DNA of 53,551 nt, the filler included, from Sluysia triapertura (taxonomy: Eukaryota), in NCBI GenBank assembly GCA_046118255.1. It is 4 parts of 4 records of this genome, joined end to end, with 100 filler letters (N's around TTAATTAATTAA, not from the genome) between each part and the next. Parts side by side here need not be neighbours in the genome. Positions count along the whole stretch, not along the records: positions 11,133 to 24,258 come from JBJNIA010057989.1; positions 24,359 to 35,785 come from JBJNIA010184868.1; positions 35,886 to 53,551 come from JBJNIA010186056.1; 1 more part is not named here. One strand, given 5' to 3'. The notes below the pieces were generated by a model that had not been told where the DNA came from, ran no database searches, and was given only the letters and a program-made list of their open reading frames with translations. The position numbers and the translations under genes are program-made. Shown one piece after another: positions 23,980-36,497 of the stretch. Numbering within the stretch: the first letter of the stretch is position 1; every line of letters starts with the position of its first letter.

Positions 23980-24053
23980 ATAGATAACTAGTTAAAGAAC
24001 TAGACAAAACTTTAGGAAGCTAGTTATATTTCTAGATAAAAAATACAACAATT

Positions 24054-24200
24054 ATGAGAAAACTAATAATTACATTAACCATCTTACTTTTATATAAATG
24101 TGAGGAATCTATTAAAGGTAACGACAAGATATCTCAAGATATCAGAGGCTTAATTAAAGATTTGATAAAATACTTAGAAGCTTATAAAAGAGTTAGATAG
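24054..24200 (+). CDS. Small terminal ORF (48 aa) with hydrophobic N-terminus
   Basis: MRKLIITLTILLLYKCEESIKGNDKISQDIRGLIKDLIKYLEAYKRVR, downstream of a promoter; no clear SD. Confidence 0.5.
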   Translation: MRKLIITLTILLLYKCEESIKGNDKISQDIRGLIKDLIKYLEAYKRVR

Positions 24201-24245
24201 AATCTCATAGTAGCAAGTTTATAAAGGAATAAAAATTCCTGATTA

Positions 24246-24258
24246 GCTTGCTTTTTTT
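24246..24258 (-). repeat. Right inverted terminal repeat
   Basis: GCTTGCTTTTTTT is the reverse complement of 11133-11145. Confidence 0.9.
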
Positions 24259-24358
24259 NNNNNNNNNNNNNNNNNNNNNNNNNNNNNNNNNNNNNNNNNN
24301 NNTTAATTAATTAANNNNNNNNNNNNNNNNNNNNNNNNNNNNNNNNNNNNNNNNNNNN
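24259..24358. other. Artificial contig linker
   Basis: 44 N + TTAATTAATTAA + 44 N. Confidence 0.97.
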
Positions 24359-26734
24359 CGGCTAATTTAATATTTAATTTTTGATCAGTTAGACCGTAAA
24401 AGGCTAACTTAAAATCTCTAAATTATTAACAAATAATAATAATAATTTAAAGAATCAATTATTATAAAATTGTTTATATTTTTGGATCTTCGGTTTACTT
24501 ACACCTTGGTACATATTAGATTCGATTAGGTCGTCATAATTTAGAGAGATACTTGTTATAGGTCTTACGTCCTTATCTATTTCTGTTTCTTTATCATAAA
24601 TCCTAATAGGCCGCCGTCTTATAGACTTAAGTCGTTCTTATTAGGTCGAACTCATCTAGGTATATTTGCATCGTAGGTTAGGTATAACCCAAAATCGTAG
24701 CAATATGAACAATCATCTGTCTATGTTGTTAAGTTCTTATATTGTGCCAATAACAGCAAAATCTCGCCTCAAAAACTAGAGATTTTCTTATTAAACCAGA
24801 AATTTAATATTTATACTTTTAATTATGGTAAATAGATTTAAAAGAATATTCTGACTTACGATTATTATCAATATAAAATATACAAAACAATCTACTTCGG
24901 AATAACTTGGTCCCGATTAAGCCATGCCATATTTTATTTTTAAAATTCAAATAATTGTTAAATGTATTTCGACATGGTTGAAGATACACTATAACTGGAA
25001 GACATTCAATGTTCTTTTTGGGAGTGTTCTTCTAATTTCAGGAAGAAGTTAGTTTTAGTCAAAATAAAAGATTTGCAAAATCAAACAAGTGTATTTTGTT
25101 AACTGTATATACATAATGACAGATACTTATTGAAAATTTAGATAATAAATGCATTTCATATACTTAAATAAAGAAACATACTCTCTAAACTCAATAACTA
25201 CTGATTTTATATGCTTTTAAGTATTGATTGCTTAACCAAATTTTATTAATATTTAATTTTGCAGGTGGTTAGTGTTATAACTAAATAAAATCTTTATTCA
25301 TCTATTGTGCTGGCTTCTTATCTTTCCAAGAAGCCGGCTTTAACAAGATTACGAAGGTCGGAATTTTGACGGCTTTGAAACGCAGTCTTCTGAAAACAAG
25401 GATTATTCTCTATGAACTTGAGCATTGACTTCTCTGTTCACAATTTTCGTTTTGAACATTTGAACAAGAATCCTCTGATTTATTTTCGGAATCATTACTT
25501 CCCTGATCAATAGTTTCTATTTCAATTCTTCCATCGTAATTTATCCATGCTTCATGCAAACATTTGCACCATAATACAAATACTGTAGGGAAATTTATTA
25601 AGACGGACATAAATAGCTATAGTATATAGTTCTATTATAAAATGCAATTAAGGCGGATGTAAATTTATTATAGAAAATATAAAACATGATTAAATATTAT
25701 ATAGAAGAAATTGGCCAAATAAAAGTAAAAAAATATATGTAATAGGATTAATAGAGTGTATTTTATTGTAAAGCAAAATTGTCCAAATAATGAGATTAAT
25801 TATACAGAGAAATGGATCACGAATAAATGATCACAGAGAATTAAGGAAAATTTTGGCCGGGATATAGCAATTACAAAAATATTATATAATGAGGCATTTT
25901 CTACATAACCAACAGAAAAGATAAGATTTTACTCTAACACTTAGTTCGGAGATGATTTGAAGAATTTTCGAAATATTTAAAAAGGTTTTAAAGAATAATT
26001 TAACGATTAAATGCAATATCCTGAATTAGAATAAAATCAAAAACTAAATTCGAACAGGAATACTTTAGACAATTCTAAAATCAAATTTAAATTTAAATTA
26101 ACCTCTTCTGTGACTATGCCGATACATTCAGATGTTGTCGATGTTCAACTATAATGACAACCCTGTCATTTATTTTACGAAAACAATTGTTTCCATTATC
26201 CAATTATAAGTTAATAAATTAAATTATGTATAAAAATTAAACATTTTTTTCCATTTTATTAGTCGCATAAGGAGTTAAGTATGGTCTCATCAATCTTAGA
26301 TATTTCAGTAGTGTTAAATCTTTGCATTTGTATTTTGTTATATCAATAAATTTTCATTAATTAGATTTTCGTGATTTTGAGACTTAGAAAGAGAATTTAA
26401 AATTCAATTAGCACTTCTATCTCATACATTAGAAACAAGTAGAACTTCGACTTTCAGATAAAGATTGTTTATAAATTAATTAAAGTTATAAAGTTAAACT
26501 AAAATAATTTTAAGATAATTAAAACTGGAAGAATAATTTTGAATAAGAATTGTTAATTTTAATATCGAATATTGTTTGATTTGATATTATCTAATGAGTT
26601 TTGAATAATCGAAAGCCGAATAAGAGTAAGATTTACTAAATTAAGAAATAAACAGTCTTTATAAGTAGCACAAAGACTTAATACAATTCATTAACAAAAC
26701 TAAATATTATTACATATTAATAATTTCATAGTTA

Positions 26735-27340
26735 CCGTGTTTCTCAGAGCTTATATTAATTTTCACGCCAAATTATGACACTGAGGCTTTTTTGGGGGTG
26801 GGGATGTCCTATTTTCATCTATCGAAAAACAAAGTTACAAAGTAGAGAGAATTATGAAATTTCTAAAAATACAAAAAAGCATGAAAACACGCTTTATGTT
26901 TAAAAAATCATTCAAAAATGACCTCTGAATGTTTTGCAAGTCACACTGGATTCCAAAGTTTCTGCAGAGTTTTCATTTAACTAAATTTCATTATCTTAAG
27001 TCGTTCTCGTGGATATTTTGCGGCAAAGGAGAAATGCTTTGATAAGTTCTAATAAAATTGTCTGAAAGTGAAGCCACAGTCAGAATCTTGTTATAGTCAG
27101 TCACAGAGTCAGAAAGAGAACCAGAATGCTTTGAAGTGAAAGTACAATAATTTAAAGCTAATTGTACTTTAAATATAGAAGTATATGCTAAAGAATGCAT
27201 TGAACACCGTCTCAAGAGCCATTCATTGACTTTTATTAGGTTTCCTAATCGACTATCAACCAGGGCTTATTTTAGGGGTAGGTCTTAAATTAAAATCATC
27301 CGGAAAGATCATGACAGGTCATATTTTCGGAGAAACACGA
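26735..27340. mobile_element. Non-autonomous TA-flanked DNA transposon (pogo/Tc2-like)
   Basis: TA-CCGTGTTTCTC ... GAGAAACACGA-TA terminal inverted repeats (10/11 match). Confidence 0.55.
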
Positions 27341-27391
27341 TATACAAATTTTTACCAAATTTCAATATAATACACATTATTAAGTCTTTAA

Positions 27392-28173
27392 CCCTTTCGC
27401 CGCCACTGGACTAATTGGTTCCATTGTATCTCAGGCTTAAATAGTCATGTTACACATTGTTTTAGAGGATTAAAGAAGGACAACGTTTTGCATAATCGTT
27501 TGTGCACAAAATTATTTCAATAACATACCACCATTTTGTGAGAACAATATTTGAATCAAATAAAATAAGTGAAAACATTATAGTCTAAAGTTATTATTAC
27601 TTTTGTTAGAAGATGGCAGATACTAATGATTACCATGAGTTTACGATAGTGACGAAGATACTGATGTCGAAGAGAATATTGACCCTGATTTATTGAATGA
27701 TACATGGACGTGGCAAAATACGCACTTTCAACCAACTTTTCATAATTATATATGTAAGGGAAAACCAAATATTGGTAATCAATCATGGGACCAACTAACT
27801 TACTTCGAATATTTTTTTGATAACGACTTTATGATTTCTATTGTAAACGAGACAAACAATTATCAACTTCAAAATCAAATTGATGATCGTAGACCTTGCC
27901 GCTTATGTAGTACCAGAGGAAGAAAGGCAAGAATAATTTTATAAGTATGAAAGTTGTGAAAGTGTCTCTGTGTGCCTGATTGCTTTAGAACATTCCACAC
28001 TATATTACTAAATTTACCAATTTTCACATTTTATGCTATTTTATTGAAAATTCATGAAAAATTAACACTAATGCAAGTGGCGCCAAATTTTAATGGCTTT
28101 TCTCACATACATTTCATATAATCTCTCAAATAAATTTACGTTCGCAAAAATGCGCTCACCGGCGGTTAAAGGG
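27392..28173 (+). mobile_element. Internally deleted piggyBac element (782 bp)
   Basis: TTAA on both sides; TIRs CCCTTTcgCCGCCacTG / CCCTTTaaCCGCCggTG. Internal YFEYFFDNDFMISIVNETNNY (transposase core start) is joined directly to the C-terminal Cys-rich RRPCRLC...CVPDCFRTFH. Confidence 0.88.
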
Positions 28174-29900
28174 TTAATAATGCTAAAGTATATTTTTAAT
28201 AAGAATTTTTTAATAAATTGAATATATCTTAGTGAAATATTTTTAGTTCATTTCATAATATACCTTAAATTCACTTGAGAAATATAACAAAAACTATTAT
28301 TTATTTCGTTTTATTGAAACACATATGAATAAAAGATCAAATTCTACCCACAACTTGTGCGAATTTTATAATATAGATTAATTCAATCGTTCTAAACTCA
28401 GAATATACACAAACCTATTAACTGTGCGCAAGTTTTGTGGGCTAAGGAGCAACAGGGACAAAAACAATTCACATCATACCGTGTATTGTTCAGGATTTAC
28501 GTCGCAAGATATAATGGTTTATAACACAAAAAAACTTATTACAGCTGCTAGTTGCCGGTTCGTAGATGTACACTCACGTAAAACTTCTGTTTTTTTCATT
28601 AAGATTATTGTTCATTATCCTAATAAAATTTGGTTTGGTATACTGCTACGACTTTTTGCTCCATCGATTAACTTGTAAAATAAATATTTGATTATTTTAT
28701 GTTATTATTATTCTTATAAAAGCGGTTTTTAATAATGAAAGCTCACGATTTTGAAAGTGTTGGTAAAAATCCCATGATAGAGCTTGGCAGTTGATTCGAA
28801 AAATACTTAAATAGTTACTCCTTTTAGATCGTGCGAGTACTACTATCAATATTTAATAAAATTATTTATTTATTTTATATAATAGAATTAAAAAATTTTA
28901 TTAAGTTTTTACTGTTCACGAATATTATTAACAATGTTATTAATCTTTTATTACTTTCAAATTTAAAGTTTACTAAAATTATTTATTTATTTACTAAATT
29001 TATTTCTTAAGCAAACAAAAACGTAACTAAAAATATGAATGAATAGAAATGTGGAAGTTCAAAGTTGTCATTTCATAGAAACCAATATTTTATGCGATAA
29101 AAATACAAAATGCAAAAGATTCGACTAAAATTTTACATGATAAAATTAGTTGCCAATAAAACACAGTTTAAGAAAATCTTCTTAATATTCACCACAATTC
29201 ACTTTAAAGGCTTATTATTAATCTTTAACTTTGCATTCAGATAAGTATTTGCCTAAATTATTCTCATTTAACAAATCCTAATTTACACAATTGACCTATT
29301 TAAATTTAAAGTCTAAGTTAATGCTCTAGCTCTACATTTGGGCAATTTTTATTAACCAATTGTCCGAGGATCAAAATTTATCAGTAATGCTTTATATTTA
29401 TTATTGTGCACTATTCTGATTACACAGATTAAAATTACGTTTAGAGCTTAATTAAATACATTTACACCCAGAGCACTATTTTCAATACTTAATTATTTTC
29501 TTTACAACAGGGACAAAGACAATGCACATCACATCGGGTAGTTTAGAGAATATAAGTATTCATTAATATGATATTAATTAATCTAATTTTTTGTTAAATT
29601 TAAAAGTAACTTCAATCTTTTGTTTTAATATTTATAATTTTTAATAATATTTAATATTACAGTATTAACATTACTATTATTATTAATATTATCATTATTA
29701 TTAGTATTATCACTATTATTATTATTAATATTGAGTTATCATAATAAATAATATTTAAAGATGCAACTACCATTTTCAATGCTCTGTACTACACTTACAT
29801 AGTGAATTACGTTAAAAATATATTTTCATTACAAAAATGGTAAAACAATTTTCAAAGTGAAATTTTTTGTTAAAATTATTTTAATATAAAGTTAGACTAA

Positions 29901-30180
29901 ATGAATAACAAACAAATTTGTTTCCGATGAATGTGTAATATGTTTGAGAAATTTTGAGGATATTCTAAGTCAAAATATCAAAATTACTATTAGTGAATGT
30001 GGTCATCGTGTTCGTGAAAATTGTTTTAACAAGTGGTACAATAGTGAAATATTTCGTTATAAATGCTCATTGTGTCGAGAACCAATTTTCAAAACATATT
30101 TAGTATCAGAAAATTCTAATAATATTGATATAAAATGTACTGAAATGAATATAATGAATAAAAATTATCTCAAGCCTTAA
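29901..30180 (+). pseudogene. Truncated, frameshifted copy of the RING-finger gene
   Basis: Near-identical to 32869-33137 but has a 2-nt deletion near the start, a Cys-to-Arg change (GHRVRENC) and an internal deletion of about 1 kb. Confidence 0.85.
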
Positions 30181-31544
30181 GAAGACAACGGAAATACAAA
30201 TTATTAGTTATTGAATACGTTACATATTTAATTATTGCTTCATTTTAAATTTTATAATTGTTTTCAATATTAAATGTATAATGTTTTCTATGTGTATACA
30301 ATAAAATTTATGGGGCATTATTGGTAACATATTTACTTAATATTTAGATACATAGTTATGCTAGAAGAAAAGCTAAAATTAAATATTGCTTCGATTATGC
30401 ACTTAAATTCTAATAAGTATTGCACAAACGAATGTTAAATTAACTAACATGTTATTATCTTAATAGCGTGATTTAATATATAAAATCTTAATAACAATAC
30501 AATTTATTATACGAGTCATTGTATTGAACATTAAATATTATTATTTATAAATGAATACAGTAGTTTACATTAGTTTATTTATAAAATCTGTATTTATCAA
30601 ACTGTTTAGGATAAGCGATGTTTAAGAATTTATAATAATTTTTTTAAAAACACATTCTATGAATTCAACAATACATAAGTAATAAATAATATTACGTTAC
30701 TTTTATTACGATATATATTACGATTTGTTATATTAATATGAATAATTGTTCGGATAAATAGAGTATTTATTATAATAATGAAGTATAAATTGAATTTTCG
30801 AATGTCACACAGAAATATTATTATCTCTGTATTAATAAAAGAAACGGATTAATCTCAAGCGTCATCTAATGTATTGAAAATTGATGCAGGGTAATTATTG
30901 TTCTCAGAATTTATTGGACAATATGTAATAACATGTCAATATAAAAGAAATATTAATTAGTTAACAAAATCAATTTAATATATTAAATGAAATGTAACAC
31001 TTCTTTTGTCAGAAGAAATTAAATGGTAATTAAGGATTTTCTAATAAGAAAATATTTTATTCATTTAAGCGATTAATGTTCGTTGTTTTTCGATTAATTT
31101 AATTAAATTTTAATTAATCAAAAAATCATAGTGAAACATTTCGTTACAATTATCAGTGTGTGTGGAACACAATTTCAGAGCATTTTTAGTTTCAGGAAAT
31201 TCTAATATTGATATAAAGTGTGGTACCGAAATGAATATGAAAAATAAAATATTTTATAAATGAAGTTGAAAATTTGTGTAAAATTGTAGAAATTAAACCT
31301 AATAATCAGTATTTAAATAACATGTGGAGATTATACTTTCCAGAAATATTATTTCTTATCATTATATTACTATATTGATTTAAATACTTTAAAATGATTG
31401 TTTCTTTTATCAATCAACCAAATTACCTTCACCAAAATATATCGGAAAGGTTATATATTTATAAAGTAAGATTAAAAAAACAAATGATATATTGGAATAA
31501 GTAGCTGTTTCAGTATTATAACCGGGAAGGTATTTTGAAGATTT

Positions 31545-31750
31545 GTATTAGGTTGTCATCACGAACCTAAAAAGTAATTCAAAATGCACTAAAATTATTT
31601 ATAAATGCTTTAAAAATGTTTATTTTCTAAAAAAAAGAAAAGTTGCTTCTATAAATAGAAGCTTCTAGAATGTTGTAGGACATTCTATTGATTTTCATTG
31701 GCTGATGACTAGTATATAAACTAGCATCATTTAATGAAAATCGCCATTTT
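31545..31750 (+). repeat. Dispersed repeat, inverted copy near 53038-53270
   Basis: Shared blocks ATTGGCTGATGACTAGTA and TTAG(G/A)TTGTCATCA. Confidence 0.6.
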
Positions 31751-32868
31751 ATAGTATTAAGCTATTTTAATTAGTGAGCGCCATTTTACAATTTTAAATT
31801 AATTATTCAATATTTTCAGTGCATCAGCAAATCAATTACAATCCGGATCGGGATTTTTTAATGTCCATGTATGGGTAATTCATTTTATTTTAATGAGATT
31901 TTGACATTCATATAAGCCAAAATCATAAAATCGAGGCAAAATTAAAAGTAAGCATTATTATTGCAGGGATGTCGATATATTGAGGGAAAATATTCTACTT
32001 AACTTGAAATAGAAAACAAATCAAAGATCCCAAAAGTGATTTTAAGTTTAAAATCCAAGATTTTTGTTTTTGATTTCTATTGTTTTTATTAATTTTTAGA
32101 TTTATTTAATAAAATTATAGTAATTATTTTTTGCACATGTGATATTTTGAGTTTAGGACTCTCCAAACATGTTAGACACATTTTAAAGTAATTACAGTAA
32201 GATTCTCAATTTATTAGTTATAGAAACGCCAACTACTGGTTGTAAGACGTATACTCTAACCGGAGCCTCTTCAATTTCTTATTTTGCCGTAGGTTTAGCT
32301 TTACGAACACCAATTCATTTGTGTCTAGCAGTTCTTGCCTAATATCGCTTTAGGGATGCAAACATTTGTATCATAAGTGCCCCATGTTTCTACCATTTTC
32401 ATATTAAACGAATTCTGTGGTTCTCAAATTTTTGTTCCATAATAATTTAAAACCCTATAGTGAATTTATATATAGAGTGCACAATCCCAAATTTAGAACA
32501 TTGAATGTAATGGAAATTTTTAATAGAGATGAAACAATAAAACGAAATTTTAATGCCTGAGAGTATAAAATAAAACGAGGAAAGGAATATTATATCAAAA
32601 TAAAAAGTTGTATTTAACTTATTATTTAAATATAAACTGTAGTTAACCATTACAAGAACAAAGTAAATGAATTAATTATTGAGTATGTTACATCGGACAA
32701 GATTGATTTTATGGCATTATTTTTTTGTAAATGAATAAACCGTTTGATAGGCAAATAAAATGTAAGAGAGTGTATTACGTTAAAAATATATTTTCATTAT
32801 AAAAATGGTAAAATAAATTTCAAAGTTAAATTTTTTGTTAAAATTATTTTAATATAAAGTGAGATTAA

Positions 32869-33543
32869 ATGGATAACATAAACAAATTCCTTTCAGATGA
32901 ATGTGTCATATGTTTGAGAAGCTTTGAAGATATTGTAAGTCAAAATATCAAAATTGCTATTAGTGAATGTGGTCATCGTATTTGTGAAAATTGTTTTAAC
33001 AAATGGCATAATAGTGAAACATTTCGTTACAAATGCTCATTATGTCGAGAACCCATTTTCAAAGCATATTTAGTATCAGAAAATTCTAATAATATTGATA
33101 TAAAATGTAGTATTGAAATGAATATAATGAATAGAAATTTTTACAATTTAATAAATGATCCAGATCAATTTACGAATTATGTTAATAAAATATTTTCTGA
33201 ATTTGAAGATGTGATGAATATGGAAACAAATATTTATACTTTATATTATCAAAGTGTAGATAAAAGTATTGAAGAAAATATAAATTTATTCAGAAGTAAT
33301 TTTGATAATATTAAAATCATAAGTGATAGGTTAATGAATTGTTTTTCGGAGGCAATGATAGATTTCGCATTTGTCAGAAAAAATAAAGATAAAATATTTG
33401 ATGACGAATCCTTAGAATCAGATTTCGCTGTGTTTCTTACCATAAATTCAGAAATTCTTCACAAATATTCAGAATGTGTAAGTAAAAGTAATCAGTATAA
33501 AAATTTGATATTGAGTACTTTAAATAAGCAAAAGGTCAGTTAA
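32869..33543 (+). CDS. C3HC4 RING-finger protein (about 224 aa), putative E3 ligase
   Basis: CVIC...CGHRICENC...CSLC followed by a helical region. A possible short intron 33535-33585 (GT..TACAG) would change the last few residues. Confidence 0.75.
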   Translation: MDNINKFLSDECVICLRSFEDIVSQNIKIAISECGHRICENCFNKWHNSETFRYKCSLCREPIFKAYLVSENSNNIDIKCSIEMNIMNRNFYNLINDPDQFTNYVNKIFSEFEDVMNMETNIYTLYYQSVDKSIEENINLFRSNFDNIKIISDRLMNCFSEAMIDFAFVRKNKDKIFDDESLESDFAVFLTINSEILHKYSECVSKSNQYKNLILSTLNKQKVS

Positions 33544-35785
33544 TAAATATATACATTGACTATTTTTTATTTTTTTCATTTACAGATGTATCGACAGAAT
33601 TAAAAAGGGTAATTAGTAATTTTCCAAGAAAGTATTTACTCTTCATTGAAGCGTACTATATTTTAGTTGAATTTAAATTTAATTAAAATATTAGAAAATA
33701 CAAACAAATTCGTTCCAGATGAATATGTTTTATTTGTAGATATTTTAATGCCAACAGTTAAGGTAGCTATTGGTGATTTTACACGTCTTGTTTCTGAAAA
33801 CCCTTATTATTTAAGTGTGAAATAATTAGTTACAAAGTTTCATTGTATGAAGTATCTATTTTTAAAACAAACTTAGTTCAAGAAAATTCTAGTGATATTA
33901 ACTTAGTAAGTATTACTTAAATAAATATTAAAAATGTTTACAATTTTATGAAGTTTTTGCGAAAGAAGCTTTATCTGAAATTGTAGAAATTATTTATATT
34001 GATGATATAAACTCTACTTCGCATAAATTATCAAACTTTAGATAAAAAAGAATCGGAATATAATTAAGAATAATTTATTGACTTAACAATTATGACTTTA
34101 TCGATAAAAGTGCAGATAAAATATGTGATGGATATTCGGGGCAAATTATCTCAAGCCTTAAGAAGAAGACGGAAATACAAATTATTAGTTATTGAATACG
34201 GTACTTCATTTTAAATGTTATAATTGTTTTCAATATTAAATGTATAATGTTTTAATATACATTAAAACCAATGTATTCAATAAAATTTATGGGGCATTAT
34301 TGGTAACATATTTACTTAATATTTAGATATGCTAGAAGAAAAGCTAAAATTAAATATTGCTTCAGTTATGCTATACTTTTGTCAAATGATTAGTAAAAAG
34401 CACTTATATTGCATAATACGCACAAACGAATGTTAAATTAAGTAACATGTTATTATCTTAATAGCGTGATTTAATATATAAAATCTTAATAACAATACAA
34501 TTTACTATACGAGTCATTGTATTGAACATTAAATATTATTATTGTTAACATTAATATTTTAACATTAATATTCATATTCATTTAATTGTAGTTTATTTAA
34601 TTGTAGTATCATAATATATTCATTTAAATATTTTAATTCATATTTAATATTCCCTTAATATTTAAATTTAAAATATTTAAATTTAATATTCATTTAATTC
34701 ATATTTAAATATTCATTTAATATTTAAAATTCATATTTATATTTATTCAATAGTAATATTTTTAAATCTATATTATAATTTTGGGAATAAATAAATAAAT
34801 TGTTATTGGCATTTATTATTGGAAATTATTATTAAATCATTACAAAATTATTATTGGAAAATTATTATTAGAAAAATTAATGCTATTAGAAAACTATAGA
34901 AAAATTAACCATTGTATTATAATTTGTTTGTAAACTATTATTATAGAAATTTGTTTGTATTATAGAAAAATTAACTATTATAATTTGTCTGTAATATTAG
35001 TAGAGAAAAATTAACCACTTAAAATTTGTTTGTATAGAAAAATTAATTTTTCTACTATAATTAAATCTATATTATAATTTTGTATTATTATAATTGAATA
35101 TAAAAGACAATAAAAATCAAATCACAGAATTAAAAAAAAAAAATTAAATCTATATTATAATTTTGTACTATTATTGAATATAAAAGACAGCAAAAATCAA
35201 AATCACAGAACCAATAATAAGAAAAAACTCTAACGGTATAGTGTTGAAGAAACTACAATCATTATCATAGTACCAGTGATTCGGGCTAATCAAAATTATT
35301 GAACGTTGCGTCACCAGAAGACTCATTGGATTAATATTAGATTCAAGTTATTTGGAGATATCGTACATTATTTCATCCGAACCATTATTGAAATAACATT
35401 ATTTTACTGTAAGTAGCTATTTATTATTTTATTCCCATAATATTTAAAAATCAAAAATATTTAATAAATAAATTTTTCTTTTATTGTTTTTGTTAATTTT
35501 TCCTAAATTTGTATAAATTATAAAATTCGAATAAATATTTGTATAAAATTAAATTGAATACTTAATGAAGTTTGCAATAGCTTAAAATTTATTCTCAGGA
35601 GTGAAATCACATAAATAAATTATTAAAGATATCAACTGCTAAGCACTTCTATCCTAAACATTTTAGGACGAGTATTGTAGTTCACGACTCCAGTTAAGTT
35701 TAATATAGAGTGATAATATCTAAGAAAGTTTAAAATAATTACGAGTTTTATAAAGAGACTTGAATTGATAACGTATAGTGAGGAT

Positions 35786-35885
35786 NNNNNNNNNNNNNNN
35801 NNNNNNNNNNNNNNNNNNNNNNNNNNNNNTTAATTAATTAANNNNNNNNNNNNNNNNNNNNNNNNNNNNNNNNNNNNNNNNNNNN
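35786..35885. other. Artificial contig linker
   Basis: 44 N + TTAATTAATTAA + 44 N. Confidence 0.97.
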
Positions 35886-35910
35886 ATATACCCGACTAAA
35901 ATTTTTAGCA

Positions 35911-36497
35911 GTGTACAATATTAAAATAAATGCAGATAAAACTATAATAAAACAATGTCAATATTTTCAAAATGCAAATATAATACATAAAAATTGGACC
36001 ATTAATCAATGGCAAAACGTGCTGTGGCTCAAGACGTCGAGTTTTTGTGAGGGGATTTCTAGGAGAAACGTGGTGGAAGTCAGTGATGAATTGAATTTGT
36101 TTTGAAAACAATGATGTTGGAAATCTTTAAAGAATAGAAACAATCTCGACAAAAGAGACTTACAGAGACATCATCGAACATCAAATTTTATCATTTGCAG
36201 AAGGATTATTTCTAGAAAAGTTTGTATTTATGAAAGGTAGTGATCCTAAATATACAAGTAAAATGAGCAAAAATTATTTAGAGTTACAGCAATGCAAAAT
36301 CCTTAAACTTATCTCATGGCCATCTAAATCGCAAGATCTCAGCCTTATCGAGATGTGAAATCAAAGAACCTACAAAAATGTGCTCTGGAATATATTGGAT
36401 GCCACTTGGGGGAAAATCGATCCTAAATTGTATTTCACAAATCTGTGCCGCAGTTATTGAAAATCGAGGAAAATAGTTTGATGAAGCAAAAGTTTAA
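35911..36497 (+). mobile_element. Decayed Tc1-family transposase
   Basis: HKNWTINQWQNVLW, FVFMKGSDPKYTSK and SWPSKSQDLSLIE resemble Tc1 QDNDPKHTS and WPSQSPDLNPIE. Confidence 0.8.

Larger units (their letters stand above)
11133..24258. mobile_element. Apparently complete 13.1-kb linear phi29-like (protein-primed podovirus-type) phage genome using TGA as a sense codon (code 4, Mollicutes host)
   Basis: Inverted terminal repeats; protein-primed PolB; gp16-like ATPase; gp9-like tail; gp10-like connector; gp8-like capsid; Shine-Dalgarno sites and sigma70 promoters; ORFs become continuous and abutting when TGA is read through. Confidence 0.95.

Noticed and set aside
11033-24358. Phage integrated in the animal chromosome (endogenous viral element or HGT)
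   Set aside because: Both junctions are artificial N-linkers. There is no integrase or target-site duplication, and the genes are intact in a bacterial code.
25340-25620. Possible host exon on the minus strand (66-aa ORF with a hydrophobic start)
   Set aside because: No recognisable family, and splice sites could not be established.
34540-35220. CRISPR-like or regular repeat array
   Set aside because: AT-rich degenerate minisatellite and short local duplications with no constant repeat-spacer structure.
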